A stretch of 63,235 bases of DNA, counting the filler, from Sphacelaria rigidula (lineage: Eukaryota), in assembly GCA_964200075.2 (NCBI GenBank). It is 6 parts of 6 records of this genome, joined end to end, with 100 filler letters (N's around TTAATTAATTAA, not from the genome) between each part and the next. Parts side by side here need not be neighbours in the genome. Positions count along the whole stretch, not along the records: positions 31,672 to 42,126 come from CAXNAA020006458.1; positions 42,227 to 52,681 come from CAXNAA020006459.1; 4 more parts are not named here. One strand, 5' to 3'. Made by a program: the position numbers and the translations under genes. The notes under the pieces are model-generated. The model did not search any database and was not told where the DNA came from. It saw only the letters and a list, made by a program, of their open reading frames with translations. Shown here one piece after another: positions 35,140 to 48,669 of this stretch (positions are counted from its first letter, which is position 1; each line of letters begins with the position of its first letter).

Positions 35140-38100
35140 ATGGACGACAGTCGTGAATCCCGTGATGATGTACTCAGGCTGTTGTCCTTCCTTGCCTCCG
35201 CGCTGGAAGAAGAAAATTCTGATGAAAGGGAAGTCAGCAGCAGTCTGCGACGAGTGCGCCGCACTGGCCGCAGGTCGCGGATACGACGGCTGCGACGTGT
35301 GTACAATATAATCTTATTCGGCAGTGCCAGTTATGAGGAAGCGATCAAGCAAGCGGCGACCGAAGACCGCTACTATTATAACGGGGGAGTCGCAGACGCC
35401 GATGCTTTGCTGCACAAGAACAAGATGACCTCATTTTTCGCGGAAGAACGAGCAGGACAAGCGCAGGATACTCAGCAGCTACGACGAGGTGAAGATGGTG
35501 ATATGGGAAGCCTCCAGCGCTTGATCTCGGCCGCGTTGCTACAGCTTCGCAGGGCTCGGAGGTACGACAGTGCCAATGCTCTCAACGGACTCATTGATGG
35601 GTTGCTGCTTGCGCGGCACGGCCACAATACGGACAGCATAGCACGCATGCTGAGACTGTTGATGGCGCTTCAAAACATTCAGAATGCAGGTACCGGTGCG
35701 GAGCACTCCGACCAAAACCGCGACGGCGACATCGTCGGTGCTCAAGGGCGCCAGGTTCTGCGAGACTTGTATGGGGTTGGTGTGCAGCCTGGTGCTGCGC
35801 AATTGCTCGCACGGACTGATATGGCAAAAGGGAAGGTGCTACCACTGCCGCACCAACAGCAGCACCAACAGCAACATTTTGACGGGGACGCTCCTTCATG
35901 GCATGACGCCCAGAATCACGGGCCCAACGAGACACTGAGGGACGTGGATTCGACAGAGGACCCCACGGCGGTGGGCTTGGGAGTACCACGTGCAAAACGA
36001 TATCTCCTGCCAACCGATTGCATCCTCCACGGGGACAGCATCGCTGCCGACCCCTCCTCCGGTGGGCGCGGACCGACTGTAGGGTTCGCTATCGATCGCA
36101 TCCCCTGGTTCACGGACTCTGTGTTCTCCTCTGAACGAGGCATTCCCAATATACAACAGGACTCTTCCCTAGATCGTTGTATGGCTGAAATGACATGTGC
36201 ACCCCTCTCGCCCACGGCATGGACAAAACACGAGCAGCCAGCAGCAGCGGGAGGGGAAATTGCGCCGTCCTCCAGAACCGGTGGGACCGGCGGGACCCCT
36301 GCAGCATCAGCCGCCCTTGACCACAAGTGCAACGAGAGAGTAGGAGTAGAAGTAGGAGTAGGAGGACGTGGTGGTGGTGACACCCCAACGTGCGGGGGGT
36401 CAAGTTCTCGGAGTGACGGTGATCTTTGTGGGGCTATCCACCATTACTCGAGCATAGACCCGCGATCTTCCGCGACGAGGGAGTTGCGTATTACGCTGTC
36501 CTTCCCTGACTTGGACGATTCGCCCAGGGACCTGCTGGAGGCGGCGCAGCTTCAACAGGCGATAGCGACCATGAAACACAGAATGGACAAAGACGATGAT
36601 GCCGACCTTGATTCGGCGTTGGGAAGCCACAATCAATCAGATCGGCGCAGGGAAGTACAGGCAGAGACAACATGCTCTCCACGTGATAATGGTACGGGAC
36701 AGCAGGAGCAGCAGTTAGTGCTAAGCCACCCAACAAGGCGGCAGAAGTGCACCTTGCACGCGGAGGATGACGCCGCGTCGTTTCATCATGACCTCCCTAT
36801 TGGCGGCAGCAGCTCCGGGGCACATCGCGTTGAAAAAGGGGCTACCCTACACCTGCACCCGATCGGCTGGCAACGAGCAGAAGCTGTCTGGAATAACCGG
36901 ACTGGGGCGGACTGGGCCCTGGCACCGGCTCCCCTCTTGACAAGAGAGGGTGACCGTGGTTCGAGGGCATTCGAAGTATGTTTTCGCGAGCACTTCGGGG
37001 GAGTGGACGGAGATGCACAGTCACCCAGTTTCACTGAGTCGGAAACGCTTCGCCGGGCGCTCGCAGCGTTGCAAGGCGTTCCTTCGGAGATGTTCTGGTA
37101 CGACTATAGGCAAGCTCGTATGCAGGTGTCGAGACGTTGGCGCAGCAGATCAAAGCCCCACGGCCGGGTTGGTGAGAATAGTATGGCAGCGGCGGAATTG
37201 GTGCGGCGAAAATGTCAAGGGTCACCCGTGCGACTGACTGGCTTGTCCCCGGGTTCTGTTTTGTCCTTCCTGGAAGAGTTTGCGCTTGCTGGAACTTATT
37301 ATCGCAGGGTAGAAGAGTTCGCGACTTACTTCGTCGACACCTCTGCTCGTGCTGGTCAGGTGACACAGGCCTTTGGAGCTGAATTGCGTCAACAGCTGAC
37401 ACGCCTCCAGGCTATGATTCTTGTGGTAGTGGCGGGTGTAGCAGGGGATGACGCAGCCGACGCACAAGAGGACAACCGGAACGGTGAGGGAGACGTCGCT
37501 GCAAGGCCTGGACAGTTTGGGACCGTAGAAGCCGACGGCACAACCTGTTCTGCTAGGTCTTGCTCGCTTGCTGGTATCCTCCACCGCACGACAAGTATTA
37601 GGAGGGCAGTTGAAGCGCTGGCTGACATATGCGGACTCGCCACCGATAAATTGGGCGCTTACGGGGGCGTTAGGAAGGCCGCAGCCGAATTTCCACGGGG
37701 AGCTTCACTTTTGACATACGTCTACAAGGTAGCTGAGGCAAGGCGTGCATCGGAGCCGGGAGAAAGTATACAGAGTGGGGGCGAGTGTGTGCCTGGAAAA
37801 CTAGAATACGCGCTGACGTTACTACGCAGCGCGTCTCTGCCGTATCTGGCTATGCTGGGGCAATGGCTATGGTCGGGCGAGATGCGGAGAGAGGACGATC
37901 CTTACGAGGAATTTCCGGTTCGATGTCGAGAGAGCCCGACAGTGACTAGCTTGAACGGCGACGGCTGCGAGAGTTGGGTGGCGAAGGAACCTTGGATGCG
38001 AGACGGCGGAGGTAGTTTCATGACAGAGGCTTTTCGTGAGAGCGTTACAGTCAACGTACCCTGTTTCCTTGATGGTGGAGTGCTCGCAGCCGCGACCCGG

Positions 38101-41100
38101 GCAGGAAAGGTTTTACGCCTCCTGAAGGTGAGCTTTTTCGTACTAATGGAGTTTTGAAATTGTGTATTTATTCAGCCGATTTGATGTTCTTGCAACGTTT
38201 TAACTCACCGGCAGAGAGAATCAAGCCCAACGGGTAGCGGAGGTACATGTCGTATTTGACAGCAAATTTAACCGCAGTGTCCCAGTAGTAGCGGCAGAAC
38301 CGCTTGTAGTTGTCCTGGCGTTCGTTTTGCGAACAACGTTCTTCCACACTTGAAGCCGTGGAAATCATTCGAGATCCTTGTCGGCATCATCCGAAGATCC
38401 GACATGTCCATGCTGTTGTCATGGGGACATGAGAAGTGCCAAGAAATACCTCATTTGAAATGCACTACTTCTTGAAATTGATTCAACACCTCCTGCCCTG
38501 CCCGTTGCCGTCCGCTTCGTGCTTGCCAATTGGTATGGCTTTCATCCCGCTCTGCTCCCAAGCTGTCCAGCCCAGAGTTCTTTGAATCTTGCGCGGCGTC
38601 CCCGCCCCCCCCCCTGTCCCTAGTCTTCGATTCGCACGATCTGAAGTCTCGGGAGGCAATATTTTCGCGCTTATCTCTCCTGCGGGCGACGGGGGCACTT
38701 TCGGCTGCCCGTGCGGTTCGCATGCGCGCCGCCGAAGTTGAGTTGAGGAAGGTTGCCGAGCGGATGTCCGATGTTGGCACGCTGATGAAAGATGAGAAGT
38801 CGGCGTTGAGGATGTTCAAGGTGTGTGCTACGAGTGCTGTATAGCTTCGCCTGGAGATGGTACCACAAAGTAGGGAAGGCGAACAGCCCTTCAGTGGTTT
38901 GCTGTGAGCTCAAATTTGCTCTTGGTGTGTGCTCGGTGCATCGCATGTATCAGAGCGACACACATAGACCGCCCTTCAACTGTGTTCGTGTTTTTTGGAG
39001 TGCTGCTAATGCCAAGGTTCTGCAATCACTGGGTTCAGATCGTTGGTATATTTTTTTTCATATTCTTGCTCGATTATTGACTACCACCGCGACGCAGCGA
39101 CTCCTTTTCCCGACCTCTGTGATGCTGCTACACGCGGCGACTGTTGGCGATAAATGCTTGATGCTGTGCTTCCTACCGGCAAGACACATGTAAAGCACAC
39201 CAGCGGTGCCAGTTTTGCTCAAACGCGCCTATGGCCGTAGTTGGAAATTCATGGTGCATTCTACGTACGTGAGAGCCAGTTCAATATCTTCGTGGGCTTG
39301 CTTCAGGCGTTTATTCCGTCCGATACTGCTATGACGTAAACCCTTTACCCGCCGCCCCCGCGCCCGTGCCCCTGATGAACAGTCGCAGCGTGAGAAAGAC
39401 CGTGCATCCGCTGCAGAAGCACGGCGCATTTGGGTCCAGAGCTTGGCGGAAGATCGTGAGGCGGCCGCCGCCGTGTCATCAACCGCGACAGAGTCTTCAC
39501 TGCTTCCGGAAGGACGAGGACCTTCCATACTGTCGTTTCTCGAACCACCGACGTCAGTGGCGGAAGAGCAGGCCGCGGTGATTCTGCGCGAAAAGTACTT
39601 GCTTCTAGGAGAGGAGGCAGACGCGCGCGCGGCCCGGGCAAGATGGAAGCGGCGGCGCAGCGAGCGATTTCGGTCAGCTCGTTCGTCTCTCAAGGAGTTG
39701 TACACAGCGGAGGCCCGATTGTGGGAGGCGGAGTCGATGACAATGGCAGCGGGGGCGACCGCAATGACTGTACCCATGAAAGCTATTGCGGTGGTAGATG
39801 AAGTATCGTGCGAAGGAAACTCCGGTGCTGTATCCGAGGCTTCACTCAACGAGACTGCTGCCACCGACACCGAATCCACCGCCGCCGGTGTGGTCCCCGA
39901 GGACGGCAACGACAAGCACCGGGCAGGGAGAGAGCAGGACTCGATCGATGGGCATCTGCGTCTTCACATGAAATCGCTGGGAGACGGCCGCAAGGGCTCA
40001 CCAGTAGCTTTGGATTCAACGGTGGTCGCGCAGAGGGCGTATGCAGCGGCGAATCAGTATCCGATCTCACTCGAGCCTGCGGATGATCGAGATGTGCAGA
40101 CGCTCGGTATCCACTCGGCGATTTTGAAAAGGGAGAGCCATCCGACGGGGGACGTTGCCCACGAGGAGGGGGCTGATGGCGACGACGGTTCCCGAGTCAA
40201 GTTCTCGCACGTCACCATCGTGCAGGAACCGGGAGGTAAATCCACTGGCGTAGCGAGAGCGCTTAACGACGGGTGTGGGATGGGCAGGAACCCGGGAAAT
40301 GAGGAGGGCGCGAACGCTGCGGGCGAACGCCGAGATGGTGATGATCGTGTGGGCGTCGGAGACGACGACGGCTACCTTTCCCGCAAGTTTTCGCACATAA
40401 CCATCGTCCAGGAGCCCGGGGGAAACTCATCAGGCGTGTCACAAGCCTTGGGTGGAACCGAGGAAGCTAGGGGCGGCGGTGACGACGGCAAAGATGAGCC
40501 ATCCCGAGATCCTGAACGCAATGCTAGCCGCGTCTCACACTCCACGACCCCCAACCCTCACACCGTTTCATGGGACACGGAGATCGGTACCGAGAACAAC
40601 GTTGACGATGACATCATCGCTGGGGCGGATGGTGAGGATTGGCCGCACTCGACCGACGATACACCTACCAAAGCAAGTGTATCGGGCGAGTCTTCACGAG
40701 CCATTCTCACCCAGGGCGCCTTCACCGACAGTCAAGCTTCAATTCTGGCACAGGGGATGTCTGCAAAGCGCGAGAGGGTTTTTAAGCCCTTGGCACCGAG
40801 CGATACCGTGGACGGGAGTTCGGTGAGAGGAGGAGGTGGGGAGGGTGTAGTTGGGTCACGGCACGGGGAGCTCTCCATCAGGAGCGCACGGCACCTGCAC
40901 AAACAGGTTCTCGAAGAAATTGGACTTTCCGACACAGGTCGTAGGTTGCCAGCATCAGCAGCAGCAACGACAGGAGCTAGAGATGCGCAGAGGGAAGACA
41001 GCGAGGCCAGACATTCGTCTCCTCTACCACCGCTTGAGATTCTTGTGCGGAGATGCCTTCGGGATCCGATTCTGGCACAATGCCACGCGGTGGATTCTGC

Positions 41101-41235
41101 GGCGCTGACGTTTTTGGTGGGTGGAGCGGGCGCGTTGGAGCTCTTGACCTCTATACGGACGTTTCTGCTCGGCCTTTATTCCGGATTTCTTCATGATTTC
41201 ACGCTGCGATTATTGGAGGGACTATACGATGGCGG
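35140..41235 (+). CDS. TUBGCP6: Gamma-tubulin complex component 6 (GCP6), 3'-partial; exons 35140-38127, 38563-38820, 39383-41235
   Basis: N-terminal RRLRRVYNIILF resembles the GCP6 N-terminal helical domain. GRIP1 motifs: ESETLRRALAALQGVPS, QAFGAEL, FPRGASLLTYVY, PYLAMLGQWLWSG..DPYEEF, VPCFL..AGKVLRLLK. A long low-complexity insertion follows, then the GRIP2 start PLEILVRRCLRDPILAQ..IRTFLL. Introns are GT-AG and in frame. Confidence 0.9.
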
Positions 41236-42126
41236 GTGAGATGGCGGATGCAAACGTGTTTTTTTCCTTTATCTTTGTTGTCCTTAGTCACAGCCAATAT
41301 TTACGCCTGATGGTCAGGGTGGCCGAGGACTATTGTCATGTAATGTTCTGCTTCATCCATGCCATCTGTAATGGAGTTTCGTTTTCATCGTTCACCAATA
41401 CATCGCCACATCTTGGCGTTGTGACGGCGCATTCGCCACGCGAGGGTACAACCGAAACGCCCCCCTCCCTCCGACCTGTGAGTTCCCCCCGCGGACACGG
41501 GGAAATCCGCGTTGTGACTTCATCTCTATTCGAAATCAAGCTCATTATTGACCGCCCAAGGGTAGCGTTGTACGCGCACGAGTTGAATTTTCCGAATATT
41601 ATGGGACGGCAAGAATGTATAAAAAATAGCAGTTTAGTTTCAGTGCCTTTTTCCCGAGGTATGCCGTCTACATGTCCTTTGTGGGAAACAAAATGCTGTT
41701 GGGAGTGCTGTTGATGCTCTTTGTCTCCCGCTGGGGGTTGCGATGCTGCACACGTCCCTGCGGGTAACGCTTTCAGCTAGATAATGCAGTGCTGCGCCGG
41801 CCATTGAGTCATTAGTTGTTTGCACATTTGAACGTTTCCGTATTTTTGTAGCGAGTGACGGATATCACGGATTTCTGGGTTTCAATCTGAACCCTTGACC
41901 CCCATTTTTTCATAGCGAACTACAAAACGCAGCGAGTATAACCGATTGTGAGAACAATTGAAATATAGTACTTACGTTAGGCGCAAAGTGTAAATGTCAC
42001 TTTAGAGCAAAATGAAGTGGCGTGGGACGAGGGAGGGCGGAGTTTGTCGCTTCTTTGGTGTTGACCCCCCGCCCCCCCCCCCCCCCCCCCCCCCCCCCGC
42101 CGCCCCCCCCCCCGGGGGGCAGAAGG

Positions 42127-42226
42127 NNNNNNNNNNNNNNNNNNNNNNNNNNNNNNNNNNNNNNNNNNNNTTAATTAATTAANNNNNNNNNNNNNNNNNN
42201 NNNNNNNNNNNNNNNNNNNNNNNNNN
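42127..42226. other. Artificial contig linker
   Basis: Same 100-bp linker. Confidence 0.98.
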
Positions 42227-44070
42227 CGGCTCCAGGAGCTATTGAAATGAGTTCTTGGACAGTCGAAGCTAGGTCACGCTCTTGGCGCACCACCTGAGTC
42301 GCTGTCACTTGGGGTTCCATTCCAACCCGCTGAGCGACGGAAAGCATGGGTTCTTAGCGGTTGCGACCCTTCAAGGAATAATTACGCTCATCAAATAAAA
42401 GGGAACCGGGTACCGTAGTTTTTGCGGAAGTCGGTAGGGTAGTTAGCCGGGCACTTGAGCAGCTGGGTGGTGCTCGAGTATGAGGCTTCGAATTTTGTGT
42501 TCTCCGATGAACGGTCGGAGCAGCAGTGTCTAGCGTACCAGAAGATATTTCGGCTCCTGATGCGAAAGAAACTGCACTACATGACTTCCTCTCCTTGAAA
42601 GGGAGGGGATTCGGTTGAATATGATTAGTACCTGATGAGTGTAAAACTGGGTAATCAAATCCAGGTTTAAAACGTTGGGTTTGGTCATTGCTCAATTGAT
42701 AGCCATGCAACGGTGCACGGGCTTCGACTGTCTTGGAACCCTTCAAGGCAGTGTCAGCATATCCAAGGAACCCACACCACATGATTGAACCCGCGGTGGC
42801 CGCCATTGATTCACGTGTGTGATGTGTGTGGCCTGGCCGAGCGAAAGAAAATTGTTGACATAAAAGTGTTCGGTACTTCTGCAGTGAAATACCGGTTTTT
42901 GTATATTTCTGATTGTGGAATTGTACCAACTAAATGAGAAATGACTTACAGAAGTAGAAAAATAATTGGGTAGGTGGCGGGGCTTAGCTTTTGGGCTAAG
43001 CGACGCGTCCTGGGTCACCCCACTGTATGCTATTTGGGATCTCCGCAACTTGTAGAACGTTCCCAAAGGTTGTCAAGTTGTGAGGTGAGCATCAGTGCTG
43101 TGTGGGTACCGCCCTGGCGGGGTTCAACCGCGGCACTAGGTCCACTCATGTGTAAACGTCGACCTGTTTGTGAGTGGGCTGGTGCATGTGGTTGAAAGTG
43201 TGCCAGGTCAGGTGGGTCAGGCGGTGAATCAGCTGTCGCCTTGAGGGCGGAGCAGGCGACCGTACGCACGCAGTTGTGATTGCCAGAGTTGCCAAGATAG
43301 TCCGAAATGATGCGAAGCATCCAAGTGTCTTCTTGTCAACACTTTATATTCTTGCTCCGCAATTTCCAGAGCCTTGGTGGATGTGCGTATCGCGCGTTCT
43401 AGTTCGTTCTGTTCCGTTGGCTTCTTCTCGGGGTGGACATCTAAATTATGGGGGGCCTGGTCGGGCTCCTGGACCATTGTAGATACCTGTAGGCGGGCAA
43501 ATTCCAACTCTCTGTGCTCGAGTTCCATGTGGTGTGCTAGATCGTTACCACGGATCTGGTCCCAGCACGCTGTTTGTTCAGCCTTTGAGAAGTTGTACCA
43601 ATGGCGCGATGGTATGAAGGCCGGACGCTTCTGCCAAAGCCGGTCGTGTGTTTCGTCATTCGTGGGCAGGTATTGTTCCCATGTGGGCGACGGATCAAAA
43701 GCCAGAGTGGGGCGGTCAGAGGATTCAGCACCGGTTTGGGTGCGGAGGTTATCGCTAAGAAAGGTTTTCATAGCATCAGGGCTCACGTGAAGAGATTCCA
43801 TCTGAGAATGAAGAGTGGGAACAGCGTCAGCGTTTTGGGTGGCTGCTTGGTGTGTAGTGGTGTCATCGAAATCTTCCGCCACATTTCTGAAAATACGTGC
43901 TGCAAGAACGCTATCATCGTCGAAACAGTCCGGTTTGTTGTTGTCAACCGTCTCACTACGCATGGTTTGCGTTGACTTGTACGGCTGTTTACCAGTGTCT
44001 GTAGGGATCGCACCGTTTTTCGTGACATCGTGCTTCAATGAAGTCGAAGGGCGGTTGATATCAGACATTG
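42227..44070 (-). pseudogene. Long intronless, frameshifted coding-like stretch, probably TE- or virus-derived; family not recognised
   Basis: Chain of overlapping minus-strand ORFs (43229-44281, 43030-43320, 42743-43066, 42354-42929) with no obvious splice logic. Confidence 0.35.
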
Positions 44071-46954
44071 CTTGTGCACCTGCGCAATTTGCGCCAAGCC
44101 GGTAACGTAAAGATGCAGAGGTTGGAAAGTGAACGTTTCGAAGTGGAATGGAGCATGGTTGTTGAGGACGGAGGCGGCGTGAACAGAAATAAAAGGAATA
44201 GAGTGGCGGGGTACTGTCGACAGTCGATCGACATGTAGTTCCGCGCACTCCGCACATGCATGGGGTCGACCACCTTGTCAATCAGGTGCAGACAAGAGAG
44301 GAAGAAAAACAAATATGTCGAAGGCACACAACAAACCGTAGGTGTGTGTGTGTTGGAATAAATTGTAACAGCAAGAGACAAGAACATGAAGGTTGTCACA
44401 AGCAACAGACATGCAGTGTCTGTCACCAGCGCAACAGCGCATTAACAAACCTGCATGCCATGGAGGGATAGACGTGTGGGACGTAGCGAGCCGCAACGTC
44501 AACTGCTCAGTTCTGTCTTGAGGACATGTTGAGTTTTGATAAAAACAAACTGTCGGATGCCGTATGTCCAGAGGCAAAATCAGCGCGACTGGCGTTACTT
44601 ACACAGTACCGCGTAGTTCGCTGAAAATAGCCGATCCGGGGGATCGGTCACATATCCTCGTGCAGGTAAGCAGTCGACAAATGTACAAGCGCAACCGGGA
44701 TACAATCATGTAGTGCAGTACAACTGCAGCGTACAAAGCACCAGACAGCAAAATACTGTGTGGCACAGTACAGTACATATGATCCTTCGCGTGGGGTAGC
44801 GGGGGTCAATTTGTTCGCATCACATGAAAAAAAATCCGACAAAGCGTTATGCCCGCGCCGTGTTCACATCTACAATGCAATATAGATGACTTCGTTCAGA
44901 CAGTGTAGGGGTACCAACGCATGCTACAGTACGGCACCTCACCGCCCGCTAAACGTTCCCCGCTGGGACCATTTGTAATTGAAACAGTGCTGTACTGTTG
45001 TCAGTACTTCAATTCGGAACAATATTTCAACGGAAAAGGTGAGTTGCCTTCTGGATGACCAAGTATGTACTGTAGTGCGTGTTTGGTGGGCGGTAATCAA
45101 ACTGTAGTATACACTGGTGCCGTACAAAAGTAACAAAAGTACAGGGTCGAGCGCTTGTGTACAAGTAACATGAGCCTCGCGCATGTCGTGTTCAATCATC
45201 TCGTGTACAAACAACATTCTTATCCTGGTCCATCATGCCGCATCGATATAAATCGGGGCGCATGGTGGCTCAACGTGCCGTGTTTGGGCAAGAAAAGTCG
45301 TATGTACAGCGGGCGGCGATTGAAATAGCCCGCGAACTCTTTACCTGCAAGCATGAATCGGCGCGTGTTTGTACACATGTCGGTCGATTCAGTTGATACA
45401 GAATCGACGGACTGTGAGCAGGGGCGCTTGCGGGGGTAGGTGGTCGGGAGGGTGGTGAAAAAGCTAGGGACCCTTGAGGGGCGTATCTAAACAAGGAACG
45501 TGTGAGCGGCTCTATTATCCGAGAACCGTCCGTGGGTGAAAAAGGACACGGCACTTCAGATCGAGTGTGCATGAAAACGCGATGTGTTCTTTGTGCAGAG
45601 TATAACGATGCCAGAAACAGCGCATCCGCCACAGTGGTTTGGCTTCTACCGTCGATATGACCTGCAGTTTGGGGAAAATATGCCTGTGCTACAAGAGAGC
45701 GCTTGCGTGTGCGTTCAAACCTGAAGCGCCTCATGGCTCGGTCGCTACTGCCTGAAACCAACGTGGGTACCGTGTAGCACATCAAAGACCTGCAGCGAAC
45801 TCGTGTCGGAATGTATGTCCGACTTGGAGTAAAACTAAACAACGGCTGTCCAAGACGCTGTCTTATTACCTTGGTGTATTACACCGCTAAATCGTATACA
45901 CAAATATTAAGTGAAAATGAAAGACCGAAAATACAGGGCTTGAAAGAAACAAACCAACGAAGAGTTGTGGTGGCTGGAACGCTTAAACAGTAGGCCACGG
46001 AGAGAAAAACAGTACAGCTTGAGGTCACAAGCTACCTCTGAAGCCCCATGAATGTGGAAGTATCAGCAATAACCGCAAGCAGTAGTGCCGTATTCCCCGG
46101 ACGCAAGCAAGCTACACCCTTGTGAGGTGTATGTCGCGGTCCTGGATTGACTTGTTACTCTCAAACCGTATGTTTCACTCTCTTAATACAATAGCCCAGC
46201 TGTCTAAGTGGGAACAGCCCCACAGCCAGCAAACAAGTAACAATGGTGAATGAGGGTGATAGTACAGCACAGCTAAGACTCACGTCAATAAGGCTGTGGA
46301 CTCGCGACACTGAAGACAGGAGATCGGTGGGTAGCTGATGAGCAAAGCTCTTCCTTATATCCAATTAGGCCTGAAGACTGTAGTCGGGGTTTTCGAGTGG
46401 GACAGGGGGGGGGGGCAGCTGCCCATACATCCGTCTGCCCTGCTTACAATCTTGTCATAATACAAAATCACCGTGACGCGCCGTACCTTTAGGTAATCAA
46501 GGCTGTAATAGCGACAGGTACACGCGGCTAATCGGGTACAATCCTTTTGCCTTCAACCCGCGGCGGCAATAATTCAGGGATCGAATCCTGCCTTACAAAC
46601 ACACATTCGACTAGAATCCTTCCATACCCGCTGGTCGTTTCTGGGGACCATCTGCATATCCACAAGGAGACTAGTTGTAATTCAGGCCCTCAGTCATTTA
46701 CCATCACAAATTGGTTTTTGCGTTATCAAAATCTAAATATTCATGGCGTGTAGCGGCTGTCAGGAGCGATCAGTAGGTGTAGAATTTTGATTCTTCGGGT
46801 CGTACCCCGATTCCAACTTCACGGAAGGGAGTCCATGTCTGCGTCGACCAAGAATTTGACGAAATGTTCCTGCGACCATGACTCTTGGGATTCTCTTTCG
46901 CGATCTTATTTTATTGTTCAATAGAAAAGGGTACATCCTTCGGGTTTTGGAGCG

Positions 46955-48669
46955 AAAAAGGATGGTGCATTTTTCGCTCTGGGGCGCGTTGCTGCTGGCT
47001 CAACATCTGGAAAACACGTTCCAACACCTCAGCCCCAGGCTCGAGGTCTCTCGGCAGCATACCCGACCATTTCTTCACTTTCAAATATTTCACTGGGCTA
47101 AACTACCGCGCCAAAAATGAGGGCCTGGGAGAATATCCTTTTTGTGATCATAACAGGAGGGTACACCCTGCCCTCTGCTGAAGAATTCTAATTACCCTTT
47201 TTTGTTCTACTGTTGTCCCTATTCTGTCAAGTGATGCTTTTTTTTTGTCAAGTGGTGACCGTACCGCCGTCTCAGCGCAGGTTACCCCGAGCGGTCACAA
47301 CCATAGCCATTTCCGGTAAACCTGTACCGCTAAATGAGGCCGAAACACGACGACCAGAAGAGTGTGGCTCCCCTGCCCCTAAGATGCGGAAGATCCAACG
47401 ATGCATACGTGTCCCTTGTGTGCCGAAACTCACGATCCAACGAGCAGGGGCGAACATCTTGCTCACACCGGCCCGAACGGCACCACGCGGGGGCGGCAAC
47501 GCCCATCCGTTGTGGTATCTGGCGTTTACCCCTCGGAGACGGAGATGGACACCGACAGGATATTGGATTGGAGCAAGAACGCCTGAATCCAACGCCGTAG
47601 ACTGTACAACCAGCTTTCTTCCTCTAGTCGCTAAACACGCACCCTTCAACCACAACTCGGAATACCCGAAGCCGTGAGACTCACGTTCCAAGCAACACTT
47701 ACCGTGAACCTTGAGATCATGAGCAGCAAAGGTCAACACGCCACACCGCCCCTGGAGTGATGAATGACAATGCCCCCTACAGATGGTGGTATGCTGCAAG
47801 GCGGCGCCGATCATTCACCTGGCAGCTAATTTGTTCATCTTGGCACACCCCCAAAGAAGAGGAGATTCACCGGCTCCGAGTATGGATACATTGTGGAAGA
47901 ATCACAGACGAGGGTCAGATCTGTGCAGTCGCATGTACCACCTCGTGCACACAGTCAAACGTCGTCTATTCCGTTGTCCATGGATGTTGTATTATCGAAC
48001 CCGATTTATCTTGCCCGTGCTCATCGTGATTGAGGAAGAGAGCTAGTTGAACAGTCTACGGCCTTGGATTCAGGCGTTGCTCCAATCCAAAATCCGGTCG
48101 GTGTCCATCTCCATTTCCGAGCGGCAAACGGCAGATCCGGCAACGGTCTGGCAAGATGTTCACCCCTGTTCGTTGGATCTTCGTGAGGTTCGGCACACAA
48201 GGGACAAGTATGCATCGTTGGATCTTCCGCGTCTTCGGGCCAACTAACAGGGGAGTCACACTCTTCAGGTCGTTGTGTTTCGGCCTTTTTTGGCGGTGTA
48301 GGTTTACCGAAGATGGCTTTTGTTCTGACCGCTCGGCGTAACCTGCGCTGAGACGGCGGTACGGTCACCACTTGACAAAATAGGGTCACCACTTGACAGA
48401 ATAGGGGCAACAGTGGAACAAAACAGGGTAGTTAAGAGTTTTCAGCATAGGGCAGGGTATACCCTCCTGTTATGATTACAAAAAAGGACTGTCCCAGGCT
48501 CTCATTTTCGGCGCGGTAGTTTAGCCCAGTAACATATGCGAGAGTGAGAAAGAATGGTCGGGTATGCTGCCGAGGGACCTTGAGCTTGGGGCTGAGGTGC
48601 TGGAAGTCTTTTCCAGGTGTTAAGCCAGCAGCAACGCGCCCCAGAGCGAAAAATGCGCCACCCTTCTTT
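46955..48669. mobile_element. Large inverted repeat (arms 46955-47624 and 48032-48669, 407-bp spacer); long-TIR / foldback-like element
   Basis: Arms align as reverse complements over ~640 bp; the ORF track shows mirrored peptides (FCQVVTVPPSQRRL, MHTCPLCAE) on opposite strands. Confidence 0.88.
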
